Positions 46,335 through 56,042 of a stretch of 64,000 nucleotides of DNA are shown piece after piece (position 1 is the first letter of the stretch; the number at the start of each line of letters is the position of its first letter). This DNA is from an uncultured Bacteroidales bacterium (GTDB taxonomy: Bacteria; Bacteroidota; Bacteroidia; Bacteroidales; UBA932): the NCBI GenBank assembly GCA_944322605.1, contig CALUPD010000040.1, positions 9,833 through 73,832 of the forward strand. Reading direction: 5' to 3'. The position numbers and the translations under genes are program-made. The notes under the pieces are model-generated. The model saw only the letters and a list, made by a program, of their open reading frames with translations. It had not been told where the DNA came from and searched no databases.

Positions 46335-47279
46335 CTATCTTTCCATTCTGACGAAAACGCTCAGAGGCAATGCCCTCCCCGCCCTGTCTTCGAGATAAAG
46401 TTCTCCGAACTCCATACGGGCTCGGGGATTCTTCTTCAACCCGAAAGCGGATTCCATCACCGTCTTGCCCAACAGGGCGGAATAACCGTTCGAATACAAA
46501 TTCAGCACCACGAAACTGTTTTCAGGCTCTACAATGGAAGAACATGCCGAAAGAAGATCGAAAAGGCATTCGTCCAGTTTCCATTTTTCCCCGTCCGGTC
46601 CATGGCCGTATGCAGGCGGATCGAGAATCAGCCCGTCATACCTGTTGCCCCGCTTGGCCTCGCGCCTTACGAACTTCAAGGCATCTTCGATTATCCAGCG
46701 GATATTGTCCAGTCCGCTCGACTGCATGTTCTCCTTGGCCCATGTCACGACCTGGCGCACCGAGTCCAAATGGGTCGTATCCGCTCCGGCGCATTTTGCC
46801 GCAAGCGATGCCGCCCCGGTATATGCAAACAAGTTCAAGACCTTGGGAGGCCGGGGAGCATCCCCTTTCAATGAACGCGCCACCCTCTTGGTCTGACGGT
46901 ATATATAATCCCAGTTAGGAGCCTGTTCGGGAAATACGCCGACATGCTTGAACGAAGTAAGTCCAAGTCTTAAATTGAATTCAGGAGAATCGGCCCTGCC
47001 GCTTCCGTAACTTATATTCCACTGCCCTGGCATTTTCTTCAGCATATGCCATATCCCGCTGTCCTCCTTGCCGGATTTACCGAAACCTGCGCCGGCCGTG
47101 AATTCGGTATGCGCCATATCCGCCCATTGCTTCTTGCTAAGGGACTTGTCCCATAATGCCTTAGGCTCGGGACGGGACATTATGTATTTTCCGAACCTTT
47201 CCAGTTTTTCAAATCCGCCGGAATCTATGAGCTCATAGTCCTTCCAGCCCGCAGGCGACTCTAATAACATGTCATTCAT
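46335..47279 (-). CDS. class I SAM-dependent (rRNA-type, RlmI/RlmK-like) methyltransferase
   Basis: VLNLFAYTGAASLAAKCAGA SAM-binding motif and ILDPPAYG. Start moved to the ATG at 47279. Confidence 0.7.
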   Translation of the reverse strand: MNDMLLESPAGWKDYELIDSGGFEKLERFGKYIMSRPEPKALWDKSLSKKQWADMAHTEFTAGAGFGKSGKEDSGIWHMLKKMPGQWNISYGSGRADSPEFNLRLGLTSFKHVGVFPEQAPNWDYIYRQTKRVARSLKGDAPRPPKVLNLFAYTGAASLAAKCAGADTTHLDSVRQVVTWAKENMQSSGLDNIRWIIEDALKFVRREAKRGNRYDGLILDPPAYGHGPDGEKWKLDECLFDLLSACSSIVEPENSFVVLNLYSNGYSALLGKTVMESAFGLKKNPRARMEFGELYLEDRAGRALPLSVFVRMER

Positions 47280-47340
47280 ATTCAATACCGGTAAAAATTG
47301 CCGCAAAGATAACGATTCCTGCGCATATGGAAATAATGAA

Positions 47341-47348
47341 TATCTTTG
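47341..47348 (+). promoter_or_regulatory. -7 box TATCTTTG upstream of the ORF at 47379
   Basis: Exact TAnnTTTG match, 31 nt upstream of the ATG. Confidence 0.4.
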
Positions 47349-47378
47349 TTCATTATATTCATCAAATCACGTTTATCT

Positions 47379-48185
47379 ATGAAATCAAGAATCATAATTT
47401 CAGCAACCGCTTCGGCAATCGCATTCGTAATATTCATACTTCCTGCATTTTCAAGACAAACTGACGGATTCAACGGATTTTGGGAAGGGCATCCGTATGC
47501 AAGCCTGATCATTTCACTGCTTGCAGTAGTCCCCCCCTTAGTCCTTTTAAATGCCGTTTATAATTTTTATACTGCCAAAGCCGGCAAAAGCCTTGCAAAA
47601 TTCATTGCAGCCTTGGCTGCATCATATCTGCTTGCCGGCGCGGTTTCCATAGCCCGACCGGCGTTCGAATTCATGCTTACGCCCGAAAGCCACCTGATAG
47701 GATGGTTAGGAATGATTGCTTCGGCATTATATGTATCCGCCGTTGCCGCTTTTTCCTTTATTCCTTTTGCCATATTGATTGCAAAAGGAATATTCGGCAA
47801 GACCAAACCGCTCGCAAAGGCAGGCAGCGCGGCTGTCGCGCTTCTGCTGCTTCTGACCGTTCTGCCGCTTGCCATTTTCATCATCAAACAGCTATGGTGG
47901 ATCATCCTTATAGCAATAGGCATACTGGCCCTCATCGGATTCATCTCCGGCAATTCCCCTGAAGGATGGACATCCCAACAAGCTGGAAACGGAAATCAAG
48001 CCAGCGAAAACGCCCCGATCAAAACCAGCCTTTTCGGAGTTCCGGCGGCCTACAAATTCAAAGGAGACCCTTACTATTATGTAAAAATAACTGACATTAC
48101 GGGATCATCCATAGCCAGAGAGAGAGTGGACATGTCGAAAACATACAAAATCGGAGACGAATATTATTACAGATACAAAGGCTAA
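47379..48185 (+). CDS. hypothetical multi-pass membrane protein
   Basis: Several hydrophobic helices and a Tyr-rich soluble C-terminus. Start moved to the ATG at 47379. Confidence 0.45.
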   Translation: MKSRIIISATASAIAFVIFILPAFSRQTDGFNGFWEGHPYASLIISLLAVVPPLVLLNAVYNFYTAKAGKSLAKFIAALAASYLLAGAVSIARPAFEFMLTPESHLIGWLGMIASALYVSAVAAFSFIPFAILIAKGIFGKTKPLAKAGSAAVALLLLLTVLPLAIFIIKQLWWIILIAIGILALIGFISGNSPEGWTSQQAGNGNQASENAPIKTSLFGVPAAYKFKGDPYYYVKITDITGSSIARERVDMSKTYKIGDEYYYRYKG

Positions 48186-48226
48186 GCAATTTCATTCATC
48201 CGAAGCCAACCGGCAACCTTTTTCAT

Positions 48227-48234
48227 TATCTTTG
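48227..48234 (+). promoter_or_regulatory. -7 box TATCTTTG upstream of pgk
   Basis: Exact TAnnTTTG match, 48 nt upstream of the ATG. Confidence 0.4.
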
Positions 48235-48281
48235 TGAGTAGAATCAAACTAATCCTATTATACACTAATACTATTAACGTC

Positions 48282-49532
48282 ATGCAAAACATCGACACTT
48301 ATGATTTTAAAGGGAAAAAGGCAATAGTAAGAGTGGACTTCAATGTCCCTTTGAACGACAAATTCGAAATCACCGACGATACGAGGATACGTGCGGCCAT
48401 TCCGACATTGAAAAAAATCCTTGCCGGAGGCGGTTCTGTCATAATAATGACGCATCTCGGACGCCCGGACGGAGTTTCGGAAAAATATTCGCTTAAACAT
48501 ATCACGGCAAGAGTATCGCAGCTGCTCGGGGCTGACGTGAAATTCGCGCCGGACTGCATGGAAGCAAGCGCCTACGCTTCGGAACTGAAACCGGGAGAAG
48601 CGCTCATGCTTGAAAACCTGAGGTTCTACGCAGAAGAAGAAGGCAAGCCTCGCGGACTTGCAGCAGATGCAAGCGAACAGGACAAGAAAGCGGCCAAGGC
48701 GGAAATCAAGGAAAAACAGAAGGCGTTCGTCAAAAAGCTCGCCTCGTATGCGGACTGCTATGTGAACGATGCCTTCGGCACCGCGCACCGCGCCCACGCG
48801 TCCACGGCCCTCATCGCCGAATATTTCCCTAATGACAAAATGTTCGGATACGTGATGGAGAAGGAACTTGCGGCAATAGACAAGGTCCTGAAAAATCCGG
48901 TCAAGCCCACTACCGCGATAATCGGCGGATCGAAAGTATCATCGAAGATCTCGATAATCGAGAACCTGTTCGACACGGTCGACAACATGATCATAGGAGG
49001 AGGCATGGTGTTCACCTTCATGAAAGCCAAAGGAGGCCGCATCGGTTCATCCTTATGCGAGGACGACCAGCTCGAACTCGCACGCCAGACCATGAAAAAG
49101 GCGCAGGAGAAAGGAGTCAGGATATATCTTTCCGACTGGGTAGTGGCTGCCGACAAGTTCGCGAACGACGCGAATACCAGAACCTGCAATGCCATGGACA
49201 TTCCTGACGGCTGGATGGGCCTCGATACTGCCGAAAAATCCCTTGCCGAATGGGAAGAAGTGCTGAAAAATTCCAAGACGGTGCTATGGAACGGCCCGGT
49301 AGGAGTGTTCGAAATGCCTGAATTCTCGAAAGGCACCAAGTACATTGCAAAGATACTGGCCGATATCACATCCGAAGGCGCATTCACGTTGGTAGGAGGA
49401 GGCGACTCCGTGGCTGCCGTAACGCAGATGGGATTCGCCGACAGGGTAAGCTATGTATCCACAGGCGGAGGAGCGATGCTGGAAGCCCTCGAAGGAAAAG
49501 AGCTGCCGGGAGTAAAAGCCATTCGCGGATAA
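48282..49532 (+). CDS. pgk: phosphoglycerate kinase
   Basis: [35 protein letters not shown] motifs. Start moved to the ATG at 48282. Confidence 0.95.
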   Translation: MQNIDTYDFKGKKAIVRVDFNVPLNDKFEITDDTRIRAAIPTLKKILAGGGSVIIMTHLGRPDGVSEKYSLKHITARVSQLLGADVKFAPDCMEASAYASELKPGEALMLENLRFYAEEEGKPRGLAADASEQDKKAAKAEIKEKQKAFVKKLASYADCYVNDAFGTAHRAHASTALIAEYFPNDKMFGYVMEKELAAIDKVLKNPVKPTTAIIGGSKVSSKISIIENLFDTVDNMIIGGGMVFTFMKAKGGRIGSSLCEDDQLELARQTMKKAQEKGVRIYLSDWVVAADKFANDANTRTCNAMDIPDGWMGLDTAEKSLAEWEEVLKNSKTVLWNGPVGVFEMPEFSKGTKYIAKILADITSEGAFTLVGGGDSVAAVTQMGFADRVSYVSTGGGAMLEALEGKELPGVKAIRG

Positions 49533-49552
49533 TCATTAAAATACGACAATCC

Positions 49553-49600
49553 AACGGGTTGCACCGAAAGCCCCATGCGGTTTCGTGTGCAACCCGTTTT
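49553..49600 (+). terminator. rho-independent terminator after pgk
   Basis: 12-bp stem AACGGGTTGCAC/GTGCAACCCGTT followed by TT. Confidence 0.6.
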
Positions 49601-49650
49601 ACATGCCCTCTTATTTTTTGGCCTTTAAATTGCAGGAAAGAATTTTTGTA

Positions 49651-49658
49651 TATCTTTG
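49651..49658 (+). promoter_or_regulatory. -7 box TATCTTTG upstream of the ORF at 49705
   Basis: Exact TAnnTTTG match, 47 nt upstream of the ATG. Confidence 0.4.
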
Positions 49659-49704
49659 CTGACTGATATAAACGTAATTAATTATTTAATAAAAATAACA
49701 CAAA

Positions 49705-50643
49705 ATGAAAAAATCAATTCTTCTATTAGGATTGGCTGCCTTGACAGCAATTTCTTTCACATCCTGCGAGAAAGAAAACAAGCCGGTAACTCCTGAAATC
49801 CTTGCGACTCCTGTCGTGACTTACGAAATCACAGACGAGACGACATTGACATTCTCATGGTCGCCTGTAGAAAATGCGACAGGCTATATCTACGAATACG
49901 ACAAGGTACAGCACGAAATCGCAGAAACATCGTTCTCCCTTACCGACCTGAAGCCTGGAACATATGAAGTACGCGTAAAAGCCATAGGCGAGAACAATGC
50001 GCAGTCCAATTGGGGCGATGCAAAAGGCGGACTTGTAAAGCCGGAAGTCCTCAAATGGCTCGGGACCTACACTGTAAAATCTTCCCAGACATTGTCATGG
50101 ACTATAAATTCAGATAATACTACCACGATGAACCTTGAAGACAATCCTATGGATCTTACTCTTGAAGTAGCAGCAAACACCGTTGACCTCGACTACGTGT
50201 TCATCTACGGATTCAGCGGAATCGATCCTAATGTTTATCTGCAAGCAGAAGTAGACGAAAACAGCATTTCTCTGATGGGCGGGGTAGCGGTAAGCGACCA
50301 GGCACAGAACGGATACTATCCTACATGGCTTAACTGGGGACATATCAGGAACCTCACCACAGGAGAAGAATACGACTCGCCATTCGGCGGAGAATTCGCC
50401 GCTTATGTATGGACAATGGGCGAAGACGGCTCGATAACCAGCCGCAACACCGAGAATACTGTCAGCACGAACCCTGACGAATATTACACAATATTCCACC
50501 TCGGATTATACAATTTCAATCCTAACGCCGGGTCTTTCGCGATATTTGAAGAAAGCGTGAATCCGAGCCCTGCCGGAACTCTTTCCGACTTCGTAAAGAC
50601 CAGCACGGACGAAAATGTAGCTGATTACATATTCACTGAATAA
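49705..50643 (+). CDS. lipoprotein with an N-terminal Fn3 domain, hypothetical
   Basis: Lipobox ISFTSC. Canonical Fn3 stretch TLTFSWSPVENATGYIYEY...LKPGTYEVRVKAIG. Confidence 0.55.
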   Translation: MKKSILLLGLAALTAISFTSCEKENKPVTPEILATPVVTYEITDETTLTFSWSPVENATGYIYEYDKVQHEIAETSFSLTDLKPGTYEVRVKAIGENNAQSNWGDAKGGLVKPEVLKWLGTYTVKSSQTLSWTINSDNTTTMNLEDNPMDLTLEVAANTVDLDYVFIYGFSGIDPNVYLQAEVDENSISLMGGVAVSDQAQNGYYPTWLNWGHIRNLTTGEEYDSPFGGEFAAYVWTMGEDGSITSRNTENTVSTNPDEYYTIFHLGLYNFNPNAGSFAIFEESVNPSPAGTLSDFVKTSTDENVADYIFTE

Positions 50644-50701
50644 TACGGACTTGCCATGCTGCGCATACGATTGCATGGCATGATGCATGAAACAGAAAAA
50701 G

Positions 50702-50735
50702 GAAGCCGGCCCGATTTGAGGCCGGCTTCTGTCAT
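50702..50735 (+). terminator. rho-independent terminator
   Basis: 10-bp GC-rich stem GAAGCCGGCC/GGCCGGCTTC followed by TGTCATT. Confidence 0.55.
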
Positions 50736-50893
50736 TCAAGCGTATCCCTATTCTGTTCAATGCAGGCTTTTGCACAGCCTGTTGTCGGCATAGCCGACAT
50801 TCGGTGTGAAAGATTTGCCCTGAAATTATCCTATTCGACAAAACGGGCACGGAAAAACGGGACAGGAATGCAAATGCACACCGCTCGCAGAGG

Positions 50894-51382
50894 TCAAACA
50901 GCCGAATACCTTACAAACCTGTACCTCAGCCCCGATTTTTCATCGACACGCCAGTCCTCCGCCTCTTTTCTCATCCCGGCCACATATGAGGCATATTCGG
51001 GAAAATACGTATCAGCGTCCTTAATCTCCGTATCCACTTCCGTGATATAGAATTTCGAACATGACGGAAGGGCCTGCGCATAAATTTTTCCTCCTCCGAT
51101 TATGAATGCCTCTTCGGGCGAATCCTTATACCGGGCTGCTATCTCATCGAATGAACCGGCCACTTCAATGCCTTCGGAAGCGTGCATTGAAGATGAAACG
51201 ACCACGTTTTCCCTGCCGGGAAGAGGACGTCCCAATGACTCGAATGTCCTACGGCCCATTATCACCGTATGTCCGGTTGTCACCGCCTTGAAATATTTCA
51301 AGTCAGACGGTATATGCCACGGCATTTTGTTGTTTTTGCCTATGGCAAGATTATTCGCATGCGCGACTATTATGGAAATCAT
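50894..51382 (-). CDS. folA: dihydrofolate reductase
   Basis: ISIIVAHANNLAIGKNNKMPWHIPSDLKYFKAVTTGHTVIMGRRTFES. Confidence 0.9.
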   Translation of the reverse strand: MISIIVAHANNLAIGKNNKMPWHIPSDLKYFKAVTTGHTVIMGRRTFESLGRPLPGRENVVVSSSMHASEGIEVAGSFDEIAARYKDSPEEAFIIGGGKIYAQALPSCSKFYITEVDTEIKDADTYFPEYASYVAGMRKEAEDWRVDEKSGLRYRFVRYSAV

Positions 51383-51591
51383 ATGTTTCTTTTTTTAATT
51401 GTCAATCATAAGGCTGCAACAGTCGGAAACAGCCTTGCCATCGCGGCGGATTCTCCCGCATCGGCTGCATTTTCATTCCTCTTATCTGCCCTCGCAGGCA
51501 AACAAAAAATATTCTAAACCACCAGTGTTCAGGCTTTTCATTTTTCCACCCCCATCGCAGGCAGCGCGGAAATTCCTTCACTTCCCGGCAA

Positions 51592-52386
51592 TCAGACCGC
51601 AACCGGAGCCTTTATTGAAGGCCATGGATCATACCCCTCTAATCTGAAATCCTCATACGTGAAATCCGAGATCGACTTCACGTCAGGATTGATATGCATT
51701 GCCGGAAGAGGCCTCGGAGTCCTTTCGAGCTGGGTCCGCACCTGGTCGAAATGGTTAAGGTAAATATGCGTATCGCCGAACGTATGTATGAAATCTCCCG
51801 GCTTCAGCCCGCATACCTGTGCTACCATCATGGTCAGCAGGGCATAGGATGCTATATTGAACGGCACGCCGAGAAAAACATCCGCGCTGCGCTGGTAAAG
51901 CTGGCATGACAGCCTCCCGTCGGCGACATAGAACTGGAAAAAGGCATGGCACGGAGGCAAAGCCATTTTTCCTACCTCTGCCACATTCCACGCCGAAACG
52001 ATATGCCTTCTCGAATCGGGATTATTCCTGATAGAATCGATTACCATGGCAAGCTGGTCTATAGCTCCGCCGTCATAATCGGGCCAGGACCGCCACTGAT
52101 GGCCGTAGACAGGCCCGAGATCGCCGTTGGCGTCCGCCCATTCGTCCCAGATGGAAACGCCGTGGTCATGCAGGTACTTTATATTGGTGTCTCCCTTGAT
52201 AAACCACAGCAGTTCATAAATAATCGAACGCAAATGAAGTTTTTTCGTCGTAAGGAGCGGAAAACCGTCTTCCAAACGGAACCTCATCTGATAGCCGAAT
52301 ATGCTTTTAGTCCCGGTCCCGGTCCTGTCGGACTTGACCGTTCCTTCTTCCATTATCTTTTCAAGCAATTCCAAATACTGTTTCAT
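51592..52386 (-). CDS. thyA: thymidylate synthase
   Basis: MKQYLELL..., DRTGTGT, and [12 protein letters not shown] (active-site Cys). Start moved to the ATG at 52386. Confidence 0.95.
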   Translation of the reverse strand: MKQYLELLEKIMEEGTVKSDRTGTGTKSIFGYQMRFRLEDGFPLLTTKKLHLRSIIYELLWFIKGDTNIKYLHDHGVSIWDEWADANGDLGPVYGHQWRSWPDYDGGAIDQLAMVIDSIRNNPDSRRHIVSAWNVAEVGKMALPPCHAFFQFYVADGRLSCQLYQRSADVFLGVPFNIASYALLTMMVAQVCGLKPGDFIHTFGDTHIYLNHFDQVRTQLERTPRPLPAMHINPDVKSISDFTYEDFRLEGYDPWPSIKAPVAV

Positions 52387-52503
52387 AAACAATCCAAATT
52401 AACAAAATCCTGTTCAGCCCGCTGCATAAAACAAGGCTGCGCCAAATGCTGATCCGGCACAGCCTTTTTCGTCTCAAATTTCATTCCGCACGGGAAGGAG
52501 CTT

Positions 52504-53151
52504 TTATTCCTCTATCACCACAGGTCCTTCCTGAACATAGTTTTCGTCATTCCCCGGGCAGTTGTCATCGCCAATGACCAAAGTCTTGTACGTCGATGCT
52601 ATCATATTGACCTGCACTACGGCAGCGCATATGCCTAATATTATATCCAATATGAAACCTACATAAGGGATAAGGGAGAATATGGCGAATACTATGGTGA
52701 AAATTATAGCATATATGATAATAATCGCGAACAGGCGCCATTTGTTGCCGAAAGTGGCGGCGTTGCTTTCCTTCAATGCGTCTACCGCGTTCATGTCCTT
52801 TGTCACAAGCAGCAATGTAGCGAACATCCACGCAAGGTACATCACTATTGCAGGAACGAGCATGAATAATGCCGCCACGATCAAGGCAATCGCCATAATG
52901 CCCTGCAATATGAAATACTGTCCCATGAATTTGAACCAACGCTTGTCGAATATGTACGTGCACTCTATCCGTTCGCCAGCCGCGATTTTCGCAGGAAGGA
53001 CGGCAATGGCTATCGACGTGCCCACGTTAAGGTACGGAATCCAGCATGTGATGATGTAAAGCAAATAAGTCAGAAAGACTTGCAGGAAATTTTCCTTGAA
53101 ACCGCGAAAGCCGTCGCTTAAGACCTTCGACACCGATAATTCTGTTTTCAT
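52504..53151 (-). CDS. hypothetical multi-pass membrane protein
   Basis: 5-6 hydrophobic helices with clean coding character. Confidence 0.45.
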   Translation of the reverse strand: MKTELSVSKVLSDGFRGFKENFLQVFLTYLLYIITCWIPYLNVGTSIAIAVLPAKIAAGERIECTYIFDKRWFKFMGQYFILQGIMAIALIVAALFMLVPAIVMYLAWMFATLLLVTKDMNAVDALKESNAATFGNKWRLFAIIIIYAIIFTIVFAIFSLIPYVGFILDIILGICAAVVQVNMIASTYKTLVIGDDNCPGNDENYVQEGPVVIEE

Positions 53152-53301
53152 GATAAAATGTTTTTTAAAGGTTAAAATATCATTGCTATAAAGGTACGGA
53201 TATTATTCCTAACATGCAATACCGATTGCCGAACATCGATGAATTATACCCTATCCCTGTGGACACTAAATTATACATCCACGCCCCGTATCCTTAACTT
53301 A

Positions 53302-53481
53302 TTAACTATCAACAATATGATAGCTTACCCCGTGCAGCAGGCCCGCCACTCGGTAGCTCAGGCCTCTTTCGTGGCTCTCATTCAGGAGCACCAGCTCCTC
53401 GACTCGGCGACTCTCTCTTTCTTTCATCTCTCTTTCTTTGGCGTCCAACTTTTTTTGGTACGCCTCAAAAAACTTCGTCAC
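53302..53481 (-). other. short HTH-like ORF or gene remnant, in frame with the upstream 154-aa ORF across its TGA
   Basis: My own translation: (V)TKFFEAYQKKLDAKEREMKERESRRVEELVLLNESHERGLSYRVAGLLHGVSYHIVDS*. The GLSYRVAGLLHGVS stretch looks like a helix-turn-helix that stops early. It falls below the ORF-track length cutoff. Confidence 0.3.
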
Positions 53482-53520
53482 GCAAGCATTCTTGCCGGAT
53501 TTTCCGCAACAAGCGTCGGC

Positions 53521-53985
53521 TCAACAAACATCGCCTGACCCCTGATTGCATTTGGCACGGCTGTCAAAAAACGGAAGCATCTTTTCCCGCATTATATTTT
53601 CATACTCAAAATAACAGCCGCATAAAACGCCGAAAATCACACATCGCGGCAATTCGGCCATCTCCGCCATATACGCCACGAAAGCCATGAATGCGCTGCC
53701 GAAAACTAACCATGCCGAATGGCTTGCCAACGATGCCGCAGCACTGCCTTTTTTCTTGTCCTCGCTTTCGAGCCTGTCCCATGAACCCTTATCCATACCG
53801 GAATAATACGAAGCCCTCCATGGTCTGAAGAATTTCAGATAAAACCAGTCGTAAGCAAAAGTTGAAAATGATGCTGCTACCGCAATCAGGACAGAATAAC
53901 CGATTCTGATTTGCAAGACCCGGCAAATCAGGAATGCCAATACGGCAAAAACCGCATAATGCAATATTATCCTTACCTTCGACAC
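53521..53985 (-). CDS. hypothetical membrane protein (about 4 TM helices)
   Basis: Hydrophobic helices, apparent GTG start, and a TATGTTTG -7 box about 70 nt upstream on the minus strand. Confidence 0.45.
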   Translation of the reverse strand: MSKVRIILHYAVFAVLAFLICRVLQIRIGYSVLIAVAASFSTFAYDWFYLKFFRPWRASYYSGMDKGSWDRLESEDKKKGSAAASLASHSAWLVFGSAFMAFVAYMAEMAELPRCVIFGVLCGCYFEYENIMREKMLPFFDSRAKCNQGSGDVC

Positions 53986-54074
53986 GATTATTGCCCTCCG
54001 TTTTTATATAGCATCATTTTTAGAGCAAATCTTTGAATCGTTGCTTATTTCATTCAAACATATAATTAATTGAT

Positions 54075-54098
54075 CAAATAAGCAAATAAGCAAATAAT
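54075..54098. repeat. 3 tandem copies of an 8-bp unit (CAAATAAG)
   Basis: CAAATAAGCAAATAAGCAAATAAT, read directly, in the upstream region of the 53521-53985 gene. Confidence 0.7.
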
Positions 54099-54202
54099 CA
54101 CAGATGACATCAGCCGTAAATCCGGGGACGGAAAATTCTTTCCACGACACACGCGGGCAGGTCGTCCGGCATTCCACAGTCCTCGCCGCTGTCGCAATCA
54201 AA

Positions 54203-54229
54203 CAAAAAAGGCGCTTACCACGAAGCGCC
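54203..54229 (-). terminator. rho-independent terminator overlapping the stop codon of the nucleoside kinase gene
   Basis: The minus strand reads GGCGCTTcgtggtAAGCGCC followed by TTTTTTG. Confidence 0.65.
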
Positions 54230-55885
54230 TCCTATGAATTCCCGCATGACCGAAGTCGGCGGTATGCAGTCTATCTCCTCCGGAGTAAGGGCCGGATAAA
54301 GGCTCATGAATTTCAGAAGCCGTATTGTCTCGGTAAAGGCAGGCGAATTCGGCAGAATCCTGCGCAAAAGCGGCTCGGCGAAATACTTCAGCATCGGAAG
54401 CTCGTAGACCAATGACGAATTGAAAACGGCATCCGCGTTTTCCTGGTACGGGAAGATATTCTTTACCTCCCCGCTCCTTACGCTCGGCCAGCGCAATATC
54501 GTCTCTTCCGCGCTTACGCCACGGAAATTGTTGTCCCTTACGATGCGCCTCAAAAGGCGGTTGTCAGACGTGGAGATGGTATTGTTCTCGTCTATCGACA
54601 ACGAAGTAAGGGCAGATGCGTATATCCTGAATTTCCTGTTGTCAGGAACGGATTCCGTAAGCCTCGGATTCAAGCCGTGTATTCCTTCCATTATCAGCAC
54701 GTCCCCGTCCTCCAAGCGCATGGTTTCGCCTCCGAACACCCTTTTCCCTTTCACGAAATCGAACGTTGGAACAGCTATTTCCTTTCCGTCCAAAAGGTCT
54801 GTCAGCTGCTCGTTCAAGAAAGGCAGGTCCATCGCGTCGATGCTCTCGAAATCAAGATTGCCGCTTTCATCAACAGGAGTCTTGTCCCTGTCCACGAAAT
54901 AATTATCCATCTCTATGACCTTAGGGTTAAGGCCCAGCACCTTGCATTGCAGGGCTATCCTCCTTGACGTGGTGGTCTTGCCGCTGCTCGACGGCCCGGC
55001 TATCAGCACCAACTTGATTTTGCCGCGCTTTGAATTGATCATGTCGGCAATATCGGCATATTTGCGTTCATGCAGGGCTTCGGTCACCTGTATCATCTTG
55101 TTCGCGTCCCCCTTGACTATGCATTCGGTAACTGAAGCTATGCTCTTGGCCCCGATAATGGACGTCCACCTTGAATCCTCCTTGAACACGTTGTAAAGAA
55201 GCTCCTGGTCTTTGAGTTCCGGCATTTCCATATTGTCGCCTGGCAGCACGAGGAACATCCCGTCCCCGTATCTCTCCAGTCCGAAAACCTTCAATGCCCC
55301 GGTCGAATATACCAAAGGCCCGTAAAAAGTATCTATGTATCCGTCGAGAGAATAGACGGAATAAAAGAACCTTCCCCCGAGTTCTACAAGCTTGGCCTTT
55401 TCCATAAGCCCCCTGCCCTTGAACAGAGCCTCGGCATCGGCAGCGTTCATCTTGTATTTAAGGAATGGAATGTCCTGTTCCACGTACCTCTGCATGACGG
55501 CCCGTATTTCCCTGCATTTCTGTTCGGTCACATTTACTATGTCCCCGTCCTTGTCGAAAATCTCGGCATAAGGGCCGTTTGGAAGATTATAGTCGATTTC
55601 AAGCCTGTAATCAGGATATACCGAAACCACCGCCCTTTGGAACAGGAATATCAAAGACCTCATATAAGTCCGCTTCCCGTTGGACGAAGCTATGTCGATA
55701 AACCTTATCTTATGAGGCATGAATATCTTGAAGCCCAACTCTTTCAACTGGTTGTCCACGATTGCGGCAAGAGGCTCCTTTTCGAAGCTCATCCCGCTCT
55801 GGCGCAAGAATTCATAAAGAGTCACGCCGGCGTCGCACATCATGTAACTCCCCGTATTGTCGCAATAAACCCTGATCTGTTCCAT
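54215..55885 (-). CDS. uridine kinase/phosphoribulokinase-family nucleoside kinase with a TGS-like N-terminal domain
   Basis: P-loop IAGPSSSGKTTT and MDNYF in the C-terminal half. Start moved to the ATG at 55885 (MEQIRVY). Confidence 0.7.
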   Translation of the reverse strand: MEQIRVYCDNTGSYMMCDAGVTLYEFLRQSGMSFEKEPLAAIVDNQLKELGFKIFMPHKIRFIDIASSNGKRTYMRSLIFLFQRAVVSVYPDYRLEIDYNLPNGPYAEIFDKDGDIVNVTEQKCREIRAVMQRYVEQDIPFLKYKMNAADAEALFKGRGLMEKAKLVELGGRFFYSVYSLDGYIDTFYGPLVYSTGALKVFGLERYGDGMFLVLPGDNMEMPELKDQELLYNVFKEDSRWTSIIGAKSIASVTECIVKGDANKMIQVTEALHERKYADIADMINSKRGKIKLVLIAGPSSSGKTTTSRRIALQCKVLGLNPKVIEMDNYFVDRDKTPVDESGNLDFESIDAMDLPFLNEQLTDLLDGKEIAVPTFDFVKGKRVFGGETMRLEDGDVLIMEGIHGLNPRLTESVPDNRKFRIYASALTSLSIDENNTISTSDNRLLRRIVRDNNFRGVSAEETILRWPSVRSGEVKNIFPYQENADAVFNSSLVYELPMLKYFAEPLLRRILPNSPAFTETIRLLKFMSLYPALTPEEIDCIPPTSVMREFIGGASW

Positions 55886-56042
55886 AAATCGTTTCAATTG
55901 TTTGTATATGCATTATCCAAATCCATACCGTTCCGTCAAAAACACGCCAACGTCATGGATAAATAAAAAACGCTATCATCTAAACACATGTATACGCGCA
56001 TGCCTTGAAGCCCGGACCGGGTTGCCGGTCCGGCCACGCGGC

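Noticed and set aside
48758-49387. 209-aa minus-strand ORF
   Set aside because: It is antisense within pgk.
51383-51591. 66-aa ORF (51402-51602) or a structured element in the 209-bp thyA-folA spacer
   Set aside because: The ORF is Trp/Arg-rich and implausible. I found only weak 4-5-bp stems, which is not enough to propose an element.
53239-53538. 99-aa + strand ORF
   Set aside because: It is antisense to the HTH-like open frame and extends into the 3' end of the 53521-53985 gene. It has no motifs.
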